A stretch of DNA of 64,000 nt from contig JAZQWC010000008.1 in assembly GCA_045632125.1 (NCBI GenBank), forward strand, positions 20,861-84,860. Reading direction: 5' to 3'. The translations under genes were made by a program, and so were the position numbers. Shown piece by piece: positions 55,812-64,000 of the stretch. Source of the stretch: Bianqueaceae bacterium. Lineage in GTDB: Bacteria; Bacillota; Clostridia; Lachnospirales; Bianqueaceae. Each line of letters starts with the position of its first letter. The stretch's first letter is position 1. The notes under the pieces were generated by a model, which was not told where the DNA came from, made no database searches, and saw only the letters and a program-made list of their open reading frames with translations.

Positions 55812-56519
55812 ATGAGTGCTCAGGAATTTTTAGACTTGTACAAGCAAATGGAAGCATTATTGGATGAAAAATACGGTGAGGCAGCCGGACGGCATGGTAA
55901 TGCGGTGACACGTTTTATTAAGGAACCGGCAGGGCGAGAATATCGTGATGAACTGGATCTGTGCCGCGAAGTAAGAAATTTGTTAACGCATAATCCAAAT
56001 ATGGATGGACAACCTGTAATCGAGCCGGCACCGGCATTATTGCAAACCTTGAGAGATGCAATTGCACGGTTGAATGCTCCGCCCTCGGTGATGCAATATG
56101 CAACGCTTGCCTCTGAACTTATGGTGACCGATCCAAAACAGAAGGCGTATACAGTAATGGAAGCCATGGAAAAGCGTGGTTTTTCCCATATACCCATTGT
56201 TGTGAATGGAAAATTTATGGGTGTCTTTAGCGTAAGTACATTATTCGCTTATCAGTTAAAGTACCCTGAACGCAAATTGAATATTAAAGAGTCCATCATT
56301 TGTGATTTTTCAGAGTTTACTTCGATCGATCAACATATCTGTGAACGCTTTTTGTTTATGAAACCTGAGCAGACGTATTGGGATGCGCAAAAGGCCTTTG
56401 AGTGTGGAAATAGCGTAAAGAATAAACGCTTAGCAGCTATCTTTATAACGAGTGATGGGACTGCAACAGGAAAACTCATCGGAATGTTGACGCCTTGGGA
56501 TATCATTGGAAAAGAATAA
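55812..56519 (+). CDS. CBS-pair protein with an N-terminal HEPN-like (Rx4H) helical domain
   Basis: Two CBS motifs (MVTDPKQ...HIPIVVNGKFMGVFS and FMKPEQ...LIGMLTPWDII). The N-terminal ~90 aa are helical with EVRNLLTH, an RNxxxH motif like Swt1-type HEPN domains. Confidence 0.7.
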   Translation: MSAQEFLDLYKQMEALLDEKYGEAAGRHGNAVTRFIKEPAGREYRDELDLCREVRNLLTHNPNMDGQPVIEPAPALLQTLRDAIARLNAPPSVMQYATLASELMVTDPKQKAYTVMEAMEKRGFSHIPIVVNGKFMGVFSVSTLFAYQLKYPERKLNIKESIICDFSEFTSIDQHICERFLFMKPEQTYWDAQKAFECGNSVKNKRLAAIFITSDGTATGKLIGMLTPWDIIGKE

Positions 56520-56569
56520 AAAAACAGCGGCACGCATAGCGTGAAATATGACCGCTGTTAGTACAATCC

Positions 56570-56592
56570 GCCCGCATTATTGCGGGCTTTTT
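56570..56592. terminator. Bidirectional hairpin terminator
   Basis: GCCCGCA-TTAT-TGCGGGC followed by TTTTT, between convergent genes. Confidence 0.8.
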
Positions 56593-56609
56593 ATTATTTT
56601 GGAAGCGAT

Positions 56610-57302
56610 TTAAAGAAGCATAAACCAGGTTTTAACAAGGGCTGGTGCTTCACGCAAAAAATAATTAATTTTTAGTAGCCAATTAGAGGTAGGCGCAGCT
56701 AAGGCGTATACATCATAGCCTAATTCTCGGGCAATTAACTTGGAACGAAATATATGATATTCACTGGATACGATAGCCACAATAGGCTTGCGATTTTGTT
56801 GGGAAATAAGTTGGTAGGAATAAGCAATGTTTTCGATGGTATTACGGGCTTGATCTTCTTTAATAATTTGCTTTGCAGGAATTCCTTGATTAAGAAGATA
56901 AAGCTGCATTGCCTCAGCTTCGGAGATATCTTCGCCTGTACCTTGGCCTCCGCTGACAATTACCATACAATCAGGATGGGCACGCAGATACTCGGTGGCA
57001 GCCTCCAGGCGATCAAGAAGAGATAGAGAAGGGGTGGTACCATTCACGCCGGCACCAAGAACGATCAGGTAATCCGTATTGGGGGGTAAGTCAGAATGGG
57101 CAGAGCATACAATAGGGATTTCTATTAACAATAACAGGGGGCATACAATTGATAGTAAGCTCCAAAATAACTTCTTATATTGCGTGAATAGAACGATCAT
57201 TATGGAAAGGAATATAAAAAGAAGTCCAATCATTTGATATCCAAATGAGGCGAAAAAGAAAAAAAGCCCAATGAATAGGAAAATATAAGAAATAATAGCC
57301 AT
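56610..57302 (-). CDS. YdcF/DUF218 family protein (ElyC/SanA-like) with N-terminal TM segments
   Basis: DUF218 core YLIVLGAGVNG...VIVSGGQG...NTIENI. GGAGG SD 5 nt before ATG 57302. Confidence 0.8.
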   Translation of the reverse strand: MAIISYIFLFIGLFFFFASFGYQMIGLLFIFLSIMIVLFTQYKKLFWSLLSIVCPLLLLIEIPIVCSAHSDLPPNTDYLIVLGAGVNGTTPSLSLLDRLEAATEYLRAHPDCMVIVSGGQGTGEDISEAEAMQLYLLNQGIPAKQIIKEDQARNTIENIAYSYQLISQQNRKPIVAIVSSEYHIFRSKLIARELGYDVYALAAPTSNWLLKINYFLREAPALVKTWFMLL

Positions 57303-57615
57303 GATTACCTCCGGCAAAAAAAGAAGGTCAGCTCCACCTGGGAACTGACCTGTCACTGAAAACGAACATTTTCAGCGTTGTGATAGTTGGTTCGTCACGG
57401 GAACCAACACCACAAAAAGAGGACTAATGAGAAAAATGTTACAAAGACGGGCGAGGATGCACCCTCGCCCGTGCGACATGAAAAATGCAATAATGATATG
57501 GTTATTATAGTATTTAAGCATAAAAATGTCAAGCATAATATAGGAGATGCGATGAACGCAGAAGCACAAATCGGAATGGTTTTGCATATGATAAGAAAAA
57601 AATTGGGTGTGAAAA

Positions 57616-58401
57616 ATGGAAGCATTGCGAGCGTGTATGTTTACTTTAATGGGTACGAGTTTTACTTTTTTATTGACTACTTTGGGAGCGACTACCATTT
57701 TTGTTGTTAGAGAAAAACAAACCTCAAATCTGAAAAGTATTTGTATGGGGTTAGCAGCAGGTATTATGATGGCGTCCGCGATTTGGTCACTTTTGATGCC
57801 AGCTCTTGAGTTATCAAATGAAGCGATGCAAATTCCTTGGCTGACAGTAGCGTTTGGTTTTTTATTGGGAGGACTTTCTTTTTACTTTGTAGATTTATAC
57901 TTGACGTACAAATATTGGAGGGAAAATGTGACGAATCATCAAAGTGCTGTAAATAAACTGTTTACAGTTATAACGCTTCATAATATTCCGGAAGGAATGG
58001 CTATTGGACTTTCCTTTGCTATAGCGGTTCAGGAAAAATCACAGAGTGCTTTGGCCGCCGCTGCGGCGCTAGCAATTGGTATTGGCGTACAGAATTTGCC
58101 GGAAGGAGCGGCCATAGCATTACCTGTCTATCAGGATAGTGGATCAAAAAAGAAGGCTTTTTTATGTGGTAGTTTATCGGGTATTGTGGAACCAATTGGC
58201 GGGTTTTTTGCGGTTCTATTAGTTGAAAGTATGCGATATTTATTGCCAGTTTTTTTGGCGTTTGCGGCAGGCGCAATGTTATATGTAATTGTAGATGAAT
58301 TGATACCTGAAGTAAAACAGGAAAATGGGTCTAATATTGGCACAGTAGGTACATTATGTGGTTTTTTGTTGATGATGATTTTGGATATAGCTTTAGGATA
58401 A
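57616..58401 (+). CDS. ZIP family metal (zinc/divalent cation) transporter
   Basis: Eight TM segments. Motifs HNIPEGMAIG and QNLPEGAAIA are typical of ZupT-like ZIP proteins. Confidence 0.88.
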   Translation: MEALRACMFTLMGTSFTFLLTTLGATTIFVVREKQTSNLKSICMGLAAGIMMASAIWSLLMPALELSNEAMQIPWLTVAFGFLLGGLSFYFVDLYLTYKYWRENVTNHQSAVNKLFTVITLHNIPEGMAIGLSFAIAVQEKSQSALAAAAALAIGIGVQNLPEGAAIALPVYQDSGSKKKAFLCGSLSGIVEPIGGFFAVLLVESMRYLLPVFLAFAAGAMLYVIVDELIPEVKQENGSNIGTVGTLCGFLLMMILDIALG

Positions 58402-58518
58402 AATAGCTTTTATAAATGCTATTTGTATGGTATAATAAAGAACTTCCTAAAGTTTATGGCATAAATTGCAGGGAAGCAAGGCAATTTATGTATCAGTTTT
58501 ACAAAAATGAGGTATAAA

Positions 58519-59316
58519 ATGGAATACTACAAGGACATTGTTACACCGATGAAAAAACTGTATGTTTCTATGTGTCTGGAAATTGAAAGACTGGAAGGAA
58601 TATTTAAAGATGCGACTGCCGGTGGCATAGTTTGGAAGGAGAGGAAAAAGAAAGGTCATTCGCAAAATAAGAAAAAATTAGGTAACATTTGCCGATATGC
58701 ATATTATCAATATTATGATAAACGCAAGCAATCTGGGAAGCGAAAAGTACAACGGTATATACGTAAAAACGAATTAGGGTGGGCTATTTCGCTTGTGAAT
58801 TCAAGGCGGAATAAATGGAAACGATTAGCAGAACTGAAAAAGGAAATCAAAAAAGTTATAAAAGGACTGTTGGTGTTTTCAGTCAAGGTAGAAGATGTTA
58901 ACTGGGAAATAAAGGCGAGAAAGTTAAAGAAAGAATTAAAAAAAGTACGAAAGAAACCTTTTAAAGAACGATGCCGGTATATGACCATAAATGGTGAATT
59001 GGTTCGTTCAAGAGCTGAACGAAAAATTGCAAATGAGTTATTTCATGCTGGAGTCGTATATAAATATGAACGGCCGGTGTGGAAAAACAATGTAAAAGTG
59101 TTGCCGGATTTTGTTGTAGAAATCAATGGGAAAACGTATATATGGGAGCATTTGGGAATGCTGGATATTCCAGAGTATGCAGAAAAATGGGAAAGAAAAA
59201 AACGATTTTATGCAAAAATAGGATTTATTGAAGGCAAAAACTTGATTGTAACCACGGAGAAGAATATAGATTCTTTATCACTTGCACGAGTAATTGAAAT
59301 GATGAAAGAACGCTGA
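58519..59316 (+). CDS. Lys/Arg-rich hypothetical protein with a C-terminal PD-(D/E)xK-like (helicase-IV-N-terminal-like) nuclease fold
   Basis: C-terminus VRSRAERKIANELFHAGVVYKYERPV...LPDFVVEINGKTYIWEHLGM matches the S-x-x-E...PDF...E-x-x-G pattern of restriction-endonuclease-like domains. The N-terminal 170 aa are highly basic. GAGG SD before ATG 58519. Confidence 0.5.
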   Translation: MEYYKDIVTPMKKLYVSMCLEIERLEGIFKDATAGGIVWKERKKKGHSQNKKKLGNICRYAYYQYYDKRKQSGKRKVQRYIRKNELGWAISLVNSRRNKWKRLAELKKEIKKVIKGLLVFSVKVEDVNWEIKARKLKKELKKVRKKPFKERCRYMTINGELVRSRAERKIANELFHAGVVYKYERPVWKNNVKVLPDFVVEINGKTYIWEHLGMLDIPEYAEKWERKKRFYAKIGFIEGKNLIVTTEKNIDSLSLARVIEMMKER

Positions 59317-59442
59317 AAATAATTAAATCAGTTAACTAAAATTTAATGATGCGAAGCAAAGATGTGTCCCGGCGAAAGTCGAGGGCTTTTTTTATTGCAA
59401 TCAAATGGAATATTTCGAAATTGAAAACGATTACAATGTTTA

Positions 59443-59471
59443 TTGACAATTGTTTTTGAGATGGATATAAT
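59443..59471 (+). promoter_or_regulatory. Candidate sigma-A promoter of the oxidoreductase gene
   Basis: TTGACA (59443-59448), 17-nt spacer, TATAAT (59466-59471). Confidence 0.6.
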
Positions 59472-59523
59472 GGGAATATAATTTTATTCGTGATTCCACG
59501 TCAACTTAAAAAGGAGTAAAAAA

Positions 59524-60678
59524 ATGGCTAGCATTTTAGATCGTTTTAAAGAAGAAATCGTGGCAGATCAGGATTATACTACTCTGCCGAAACTGAAAAT
59601 TGGTATTATTGGTACAGGTTGGATTGCTGAATCTCATATTTTGAGCTATAAGCGTTGTCCTGATATTGAAATCGTAGCAGCTGCAGACCTCGTGCCTGGT
59701 AAAGCAGAAGCTTTTTGTAAAGCAAATGGTTTGGAGGGTGTACGTTGCTATCCGGATCATCAGTCTATGTTGGACAATGAAGAGCTTGATGCTGTAAGCG
59801 TATGTACTTATAACAGAACACATGCAGAGTGCTCTATTGCCGCTCTTAAAAAAGGCGTACATGTAATGTGCGAAAAACCCATGTGTGTAACCTTAGAAGA
59901 AGCAGTAGAAATGAGAAAGGCCGAAAAAGAGTCTGGTAAGATTCTTTCAATTGGTTTTCAGCCTCGTTTGGATGCTAACATGCAGATGATTAAAAAGATT
60001 GTTGAATCCGGTGAACTGGGTAAAATCTATTATATTCAGACCGGTGGCGGTCGTCGACGTGGTATTCCGACTCCGTACGGAACTACTTTCATTGAGGACG
60101 AGACTGCAGGTATTGGTGCTCTGGGTGATATCGGATGTTACAGCTTGGATATGGTACTGAATGCAATTGGATATCCCAAGCCGCTGACTGTTTCCGGATA
60201 CAAATCTGCATATTTTGGTACACGTCCCAGCTATTATCCTTCTCATCCGGAGTATGCTGAGAAGTTTACAGTAGATGACTTTGCTGCTGCGTTCATCCGT
60301 TTGGAAGGTGACATTATTTTGGACTTTAGAATTGCATGGGCCATGAATTTGGATACTCCCGGCGATACTATTATTCTGGGTACTAAAGGTGGCTTGAGAA
60401 TTCCTTCTACTGAATGTTGGAATGGTTCTGTAGGTGGACCTATGAAGATCTATCATGAGGTTGCCGGTTCTCAGGTTGAAACGGAGATTCCGATTATCGA
60501 TAGTAACACGGATGACTTGTTCTACAAAAAGATTCGATCTTTCTTGGATGCAATCAGAACGAATGGTACTGCACCTGTTCCTACTGAGCAGATCATTTAC
60601 AATCAGGCTATCATTGATGGTATTCGCCGTTCTGCTGAAGCCGGATGTGAAGTTAAGATCGAGGTTCCGGAAGTATAA
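59524..60678 (+). CDS. Gfo/Idh/MocA family NAD(P)-dependent oxidoreductase
   Basis: N-terminal Rossmann motif KIGIIGTGWIAESH and the EKPM motif (VMCEKPMC). Confidence 0.88.
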   Translation: MASILDRFKEEIVADQDYTTLPKLKIGIIGTGWIAESHILSYKRCPDIEIVAAADLVPGKAEAFCKANGLEGVRCYPDHQSMLDNEELDAVSVCTYNRTHAECSIAALKKGVHVMCEKPMCVTLEEAVEMRKAEKESGKILSIGFQPRLDANMQMIKKIVESGELGKIYYIQTGGGRRRGIPTPYGTTFIEDETAGIGALGDIGCYSLDMVLNAIGYPKPLTVSGYKSAYFGTRPSYYPSHPEYAEKFTVDDFAAAFIRLEGDIILDFRIAWAMNLDTPGDTIILGTKGGLRIPSTECWNGSVGGPMKIYHEVAGSQVETEIPIIDSNTDDLFYKKIRSFLDAIRTNGTAPVPTEQIIYNQAIIDGIRRSAEAGCEVKIEVPEV

Positions 60679-60692
60679 TTTTTAGCTATCTC

Positions 60693-60731
60693 AAACGGAT
60701 TAGGAAAGAAATTGCCTAATCCGTTTTTTTT
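60693..60731 (+). terminator. Rho-independent terminator
   Basis: AAACGGATTAGG (60693-60704) pairs with CCTAATCCGTTT (60715-60726), then a T-run. Confidence 0.85.
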
Positions 60732-60792
60732 ATTGAATTCATTTGTTTTTTTTGGTATGATAAGTGAAGAATATAAGGGGAGTTGAGAAACA

Positions 60793-61173
60793 ATGCGAAT
60801 TCATGAATCTGCTGAGAATTATTTGGAAACTATTTTGGCATTAAGCAAAACGAAACAATTTGTGCGTTCAATCGATATTGTTAATGAAATGAATTTTAGT
60901 AAACCGAGCGTGAGTGTTGCAATGAAGCATTTGCGTGAAAGCGGTCATATTATCATGGATGAAAATGGGTATATTACATTAACGGACAGCGGTCTTGAGA
61001 TAGCCAACAATATTTATGAACGCCATCAGGTTCTTTCAGCTTTGCTGGTTAAATTAGGCGTAGATCAAGAGACAGCGAAGGAAGAAGCCTGCCGTATTGA
61101 ACATGATATTAGTCAAGATACTTTTGAAAAAATAAAGATATGGGTAAAAAATAATCAAATTATTGAAATATAA
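60793..61173 (+). CDS. DtxR/MntR family metal-dependent transcriptional repressor
   Basis: 126 aa. ESAENYLETIL start, HTH SIDIVNEMNFSKPSVSVAMKHLRESG and metal-site region ACRIEHDIS. Confidence 0.88.
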   Translation: MRIHESAENYLETILALSKTKQFVRSIDIVNEMNFSKPSVSVAMKHLRESGHIIMDENGYITLTDSGLEIANNIYERHQVLSALLVKLGVDQETAKEEACRIEHDISQDTFEKIKIWVKNNQIIEI

Positions 61174-61179
61174 GTAAAC

Positions 61180-61230
61180 GGAGTGCCGCGATGCAAGTTT
61201 GATGTGACTTGTAATGCGACACTCCTTTTT
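61180..61230. terminator. Hairpin terminator between convergent regulator genes
   Basis: GGAGTG (61180-61185) pairs with CACTCC (61220-61225), with inner pairing, followed by TTTTT. Confidence 0.55.
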
Positions 61231-61250
61231 ATTATACGTTGTTTCAGCGA

Positions 61251-61484
61251 TTAATCATCATCTTCGTCTTCAGGTAAAGATAAAGTATTAAGATCGATTC
61301 CTGTTACTTTATGAATACGAATTGCTGTAGCTAAAGACGGTAAAGAGATACCTTGTTCTATACTGATATAGTAGTCAAGAGATAGGTTACATAATCTAGC
61401 CATTAATTTTTGAGAGTGGAAATTTTTCTGTCTATATGTAATTAGACAGTGAACAAGGCGTTGACGAATTTCATTTTGATTCAT
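61251..61484 (-). CDS. XRE-family helix-turn-helix transcriptional regulator with an acidic tail
   Basis: 77 aa. HTH segment SQKLMARLCNLSLDYYISIEQG. C-terminal EDEDDD. Confidence 0.75.
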   Translation of the reverse strand: MNQNEIRQRLVHCLITYRQKNFHSQKLMARLCNLSLDYYISIEQGISLPSLATAIRIHKVTGIDLNTLSLPEDEDDD

Positions 61485-61635
61485 TTTGTTGTCTCCTTTT
61501 AGATAGTATTTTTAATAGCGATAGCGTATACGATAAATTTATGATATATTATTTTTCTGATTTCGTAAATGTAGTATTCTTATTATATTTAGTAGATACA
61601 ATAAATATAGATGTTTTTGGTTGTGATAAGATAAA

Positions 61636-64000
61636 TTATATGCAAGAATTTACGGATAGACTTCCGTATCCCCAGGAGTTATTAGGGTACGTTCTATCAG
61701 GATTTCTCGCAGCACAACGAGTTAGTTGGGATTGAATGGAAAGTGTGTTCATTTCAAGATCATTTCCTTGTACAATTCCATATTGAAGAAATTGTGCAAC
61801 AGCGCCTGCAGTTAGTGCAGCAGCGGTACTGGTACCGGGAATACTTCTGTATGAATTTCCAGCCGGACCATATACATTGTTGGAAGGAGCGACAATTGAA
61901 GGGCGTAGAACTCCATTTCGAGTAGGACCGCGCCCTGAATTTTCGTAAATACTATTGGTAAGGGGGCGATATCCGCCAACAGTGATAACTCGAGGTTGAG
62001 TACTGGGCACGGTCACAGTACCATTGGGCGAAGGTTGAAGAAAACGAGTTTCCGGTTGGCTAAAGTTTTGAATGGGAAGCCAAATATCTAGAAGTCCATT
62101 AATGATTGTATCACCGTAGATGTGTAGACGCCAAATGCCAGACGATGGAAAATCTAAGCGTACATAAGAACACGGCGCGCCTTGACCATAGTATCGAATT
62201 GATACCAAGGATGTTTCACCTGATAGACGGTAATTATTTAAACGTGTAGCGGAACGGGGAAGGCGTTCAACGATATTTCCGGTGGGTGATTCGAGTGAAA
62301 GTGTGAAAATATCGGGATCTTGGCCCCAAATATTAAGCAGGACAGAGGTTTCATTTTCCGCTACGAAGAATTCTACTATCGTTTCGGTTGTTAAGGTGCC
62401 GGTATAGTGTTTCCCATAGCCAGTTTCATTGCCGGATGCCGTCACAATAGCAATGCCGGGAGCATTAGCCAAACGCCCTAAATAAAGTTCGACAGGATCG
62501 GAACCATCGTGACCGCCAAGATTGGTGGACAAAGCCAGAAGAATAACAAGGGGACGATCTAGTTCTCCTGCTTTTTCTAAAGCGTATTGAATGGCTAAAA
62601 TAACATCGGTGGAACTATAGGCAGGTACATCATTCGAAATACCGTAAAAAGAACGTAGATTGGATTTAGCAGGACGGAGTTTGATACAAACTAAATTACT
62701 TCCATAGGCGGCACCGAAAAAATCGTTTGAAGGATCAGGCTGGCCGGCGGCGATACCAGCGATATAGGTGCCATGTCCGACAGGATCTGTAATTGGTAGT
62801 AGCGTTCCGGACGTCAAAGCTTCTTGAATCTCAGAACGAGAATATACTTGATTGCTGACTTGATCCCAAACAGATTCAATAATAGTAGTTCCATCCGCGC
62901 GGCGAAAGGCAGGATGAGTATAATTGATGCCGGAATCGATGATAGCGATTAATACTCCAGAACCGGATAGCGGATTTAGCGGTCTTCGAGTAACAGCTGC
63001 TATACCAGTTGCTTCTAAAGCAATTTGATTGGAAAAATTCTGAGCAAGCCCGTATATAATGGGCAGCTGCGAGTAATTAAAGTATGAGTATACATCTTCA
63101 GGTTGACTACCACGAGACAAGGCATAGAAATTTAAATATTGACCGGTACCTAATGGAATACGGCATTGATTTTCAAAGCGTGCATCGAAATATTCACTGG
63201 TGATGATATCTAAATAGTTTTCACTGTTTCGAATATTGAAACAATCATCAGAATCTTGTGCATTGGCATTAATATTAAATGGGAAACTATCTGATTCAGA
63301 AATAGCTGCTTCTAAACTGCCGGAAAAGCAAAGGGTTCCATACCCAAAATCAACGTTAGGATAACTGCGAGCAGATGTACGACGTGCACCTTTTTGCAAG
63401 TAAGCTTTAAGTTTTTGACCATATAAAAATGGGTCGTTTCCGTTTACAATACCCCATTGCATAAGTAGTGCGGCGCAGCCGCAAACAAAAGGAGCAGCCA
63501 TGCTGGTACCGGAAAGCGATTGGTAGCCACCACCGGGCCAACAAGAGATGATATCTACGCCGGGCGCAGCCAAATCCGGTTTAATTGAGGTGTTAGTACG
63601 CGTATATCCTCGACCGGAAAAGCTGGCGATAGCTCCGTTAGATGAATTATAAGCAGCTACCGCTATGGGGCGTAAAGCTGTGGCGGGCATAGTAATGGTC
63701 ACAGATTCGGAGGGAACGAGGAAGAAGGTTTGGCCTCGAGTAGTTTCTGTGGTAGTCATCCAGATGTTGCATGTTCCGTCGACAATTGCACCAGAAGAAA
63801 GAATAAGCGACCAGATTCCTGCGTTTAAAGGTGAACCGGTTAATTCAATTAAAATTGATGAGGATGGCGTATATGGAGAGGGTGGACTATAATAAATTGT
63901 TAACTCGGAATTCATTATAGTAGTATGGTGGACATTAGAGGATTTTAAAATAGGCCCAGTCGAAGACCCATCTGGAGCAATAATTTCGATGAAAAGTTCA
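61636..64000 (-). CDS. Csp-type (germination-specific) subtilisin-like S8 protease, tandem two-domain fusion, 5' end outside the window
   Basis: The frame stays open from 63915 to the window edge. The C-terminal module has D (IAIIDSGINY), H (GHGTYIAG) and S (GTSTAAALTAG) plus a Csp-like jelly-roll insert and the VWDQ motif. The N-terminal module shows its Ser motif GTSMAAPFVCG and jelly-roll (FIEIIAPDGSS). Confidence 0.8.
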   Translation of the reverse strand, partial: ELFIEIIAPDGSSTGPILKSSNVHHTTIMNSELTIYYSPPSPYTPSSSILIELTGSPLNAGIWSLILSSGAIVDGTCNIWMTTTETTRGQTFFLVPSESVTITMPATALRPIAVAAYNSSNGAIASFSGRGYTRTNTSIKPDLAAPGVDIISCWPGGGYQSLSGTSMAAPFVCGCAALLMQWGIVNGNDPFLYGQKLKAYLQKGARRTSARSYPNVDFGYGTLCFSGSLEAAISESDSFPFNINANAQDSDDCFNIRNSENYLDIITSEYFDARFENQCRIPLGTGQYLNFYALSRGSQPEDVYSYFNYSQLPIIYGLAQNFSNQIALEATGIAAVTRRPLNPLSGSGVLIAIIDSGINYTHPAFRRADGTTIIESVWDQVSNQVYSRSEIQEALTSGTLLPITDPVGHGTYIAGIAAGQPDPSNDFFGAAYGSNLVCIKLRPAKSNLRSFYGISNDVPAYSSTDVILAIQYALEKAGELDRPLVILLALSTNLGGHDGSDPVELYLGRLANAPGIAIVTASGNETGYGKHYTGTLTTETIVEFFVAENETSVLLNIWGQDPDIFTLSLESPTGNIVERLPRSATRLNNYRLSGETSLVSIRYYGQGAPCSYVRLDFPSSGIWRLHIYGDTIINGLLDIWLPIQNFSQPETRFLQPSPNGTVTVPSTQPRVITVGGYRPLTNSIYENSGRGPTRNGVLRPSIVAPSNNVYGPAGNSYRSIPGTSTAAALTAGAVAQFLQYGIVQGNDLEMNTLSIQSQLTRCAARNPDRTYPNNSWGYGSLSVNSCI

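Noticed and set aside
57372-57710. Overlapping 76-108-aa ORFs on both strands between the DUF218 and ZIP genes
   Set aside because: They are mutually overlapping and AT-rich with no SD or motif. The space is more plausibly divergent promoter/leader sequence.
61541-61735. 64-aa plus-strand ORF between the XRE gene and the Csp protease gene
   Set aside because: It lies in an AT-rich promoter-like spacer and overlaps the 3' end of the protease gene. No SD, no motif.

Overview
This 64-kb chromosomal segment reads like a Gram-positive anaerobe of the Bacillota/Clostridia. Supporting signals: T-box leaders in front of metG and serS, metG-tatD-rsmA synteny, a split transketolase, Tex, HelD, a Csp-type germination protease, corrinoid plus UroD-type methyltransferases, and GH20/GH29 glycosidases. 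I call about 55 protein-coding genes (one apparently frameshifted), 2 T-box riboswitches, a set of sigma-A-like promoters, hairpin terminators and several repeat features. I recognised no rRNA, tRNA, CRISPR array, cas gene, transposase or integrase. Composition is mosaic. A hand-counted 60-nt sample inside tex (14401-14460) is 57% GC. Samples at 16441-16500 and 58801-58860 are 30% and 32% GC. AT-rich accessory blocks lie at about 0.1-1.3 kb (Fic), 11.3-12.6 kb, 16.1-20.6 kb and 54.9-64 kb. The observations most worth a second look: (1) a phased array, about 42 bp period, of TAACTGA-N5-6-TCAGTTA palindromes in the convergent helD/EEP intergenic region; (2) a translationally coupled MMPL transporter and 929-aa GLUG-repeat surface protein pair; (3) an AT-rich island with an extended ArsR-like regulator, a small secreted Cys-containing protein, an orphan solute-binding-like protein and a DUF2500 protein; (4) a HEPN-like (Rx4H) plus CBS-pair fusion protein; (5) a RluA pseudouridine synthase fused in frame to an acyltransferase-like domain; (6) a corrinoid protein plus two UroD-family methyltransferases of unknown substrate beside an orphan radical SAM/SPASM enzyme; (7) an orphan 340-bp repeat/hairpin-rich segment with six CATGCAGT motifs. 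All family assignments come from motif recognition by eye. No database search was run.
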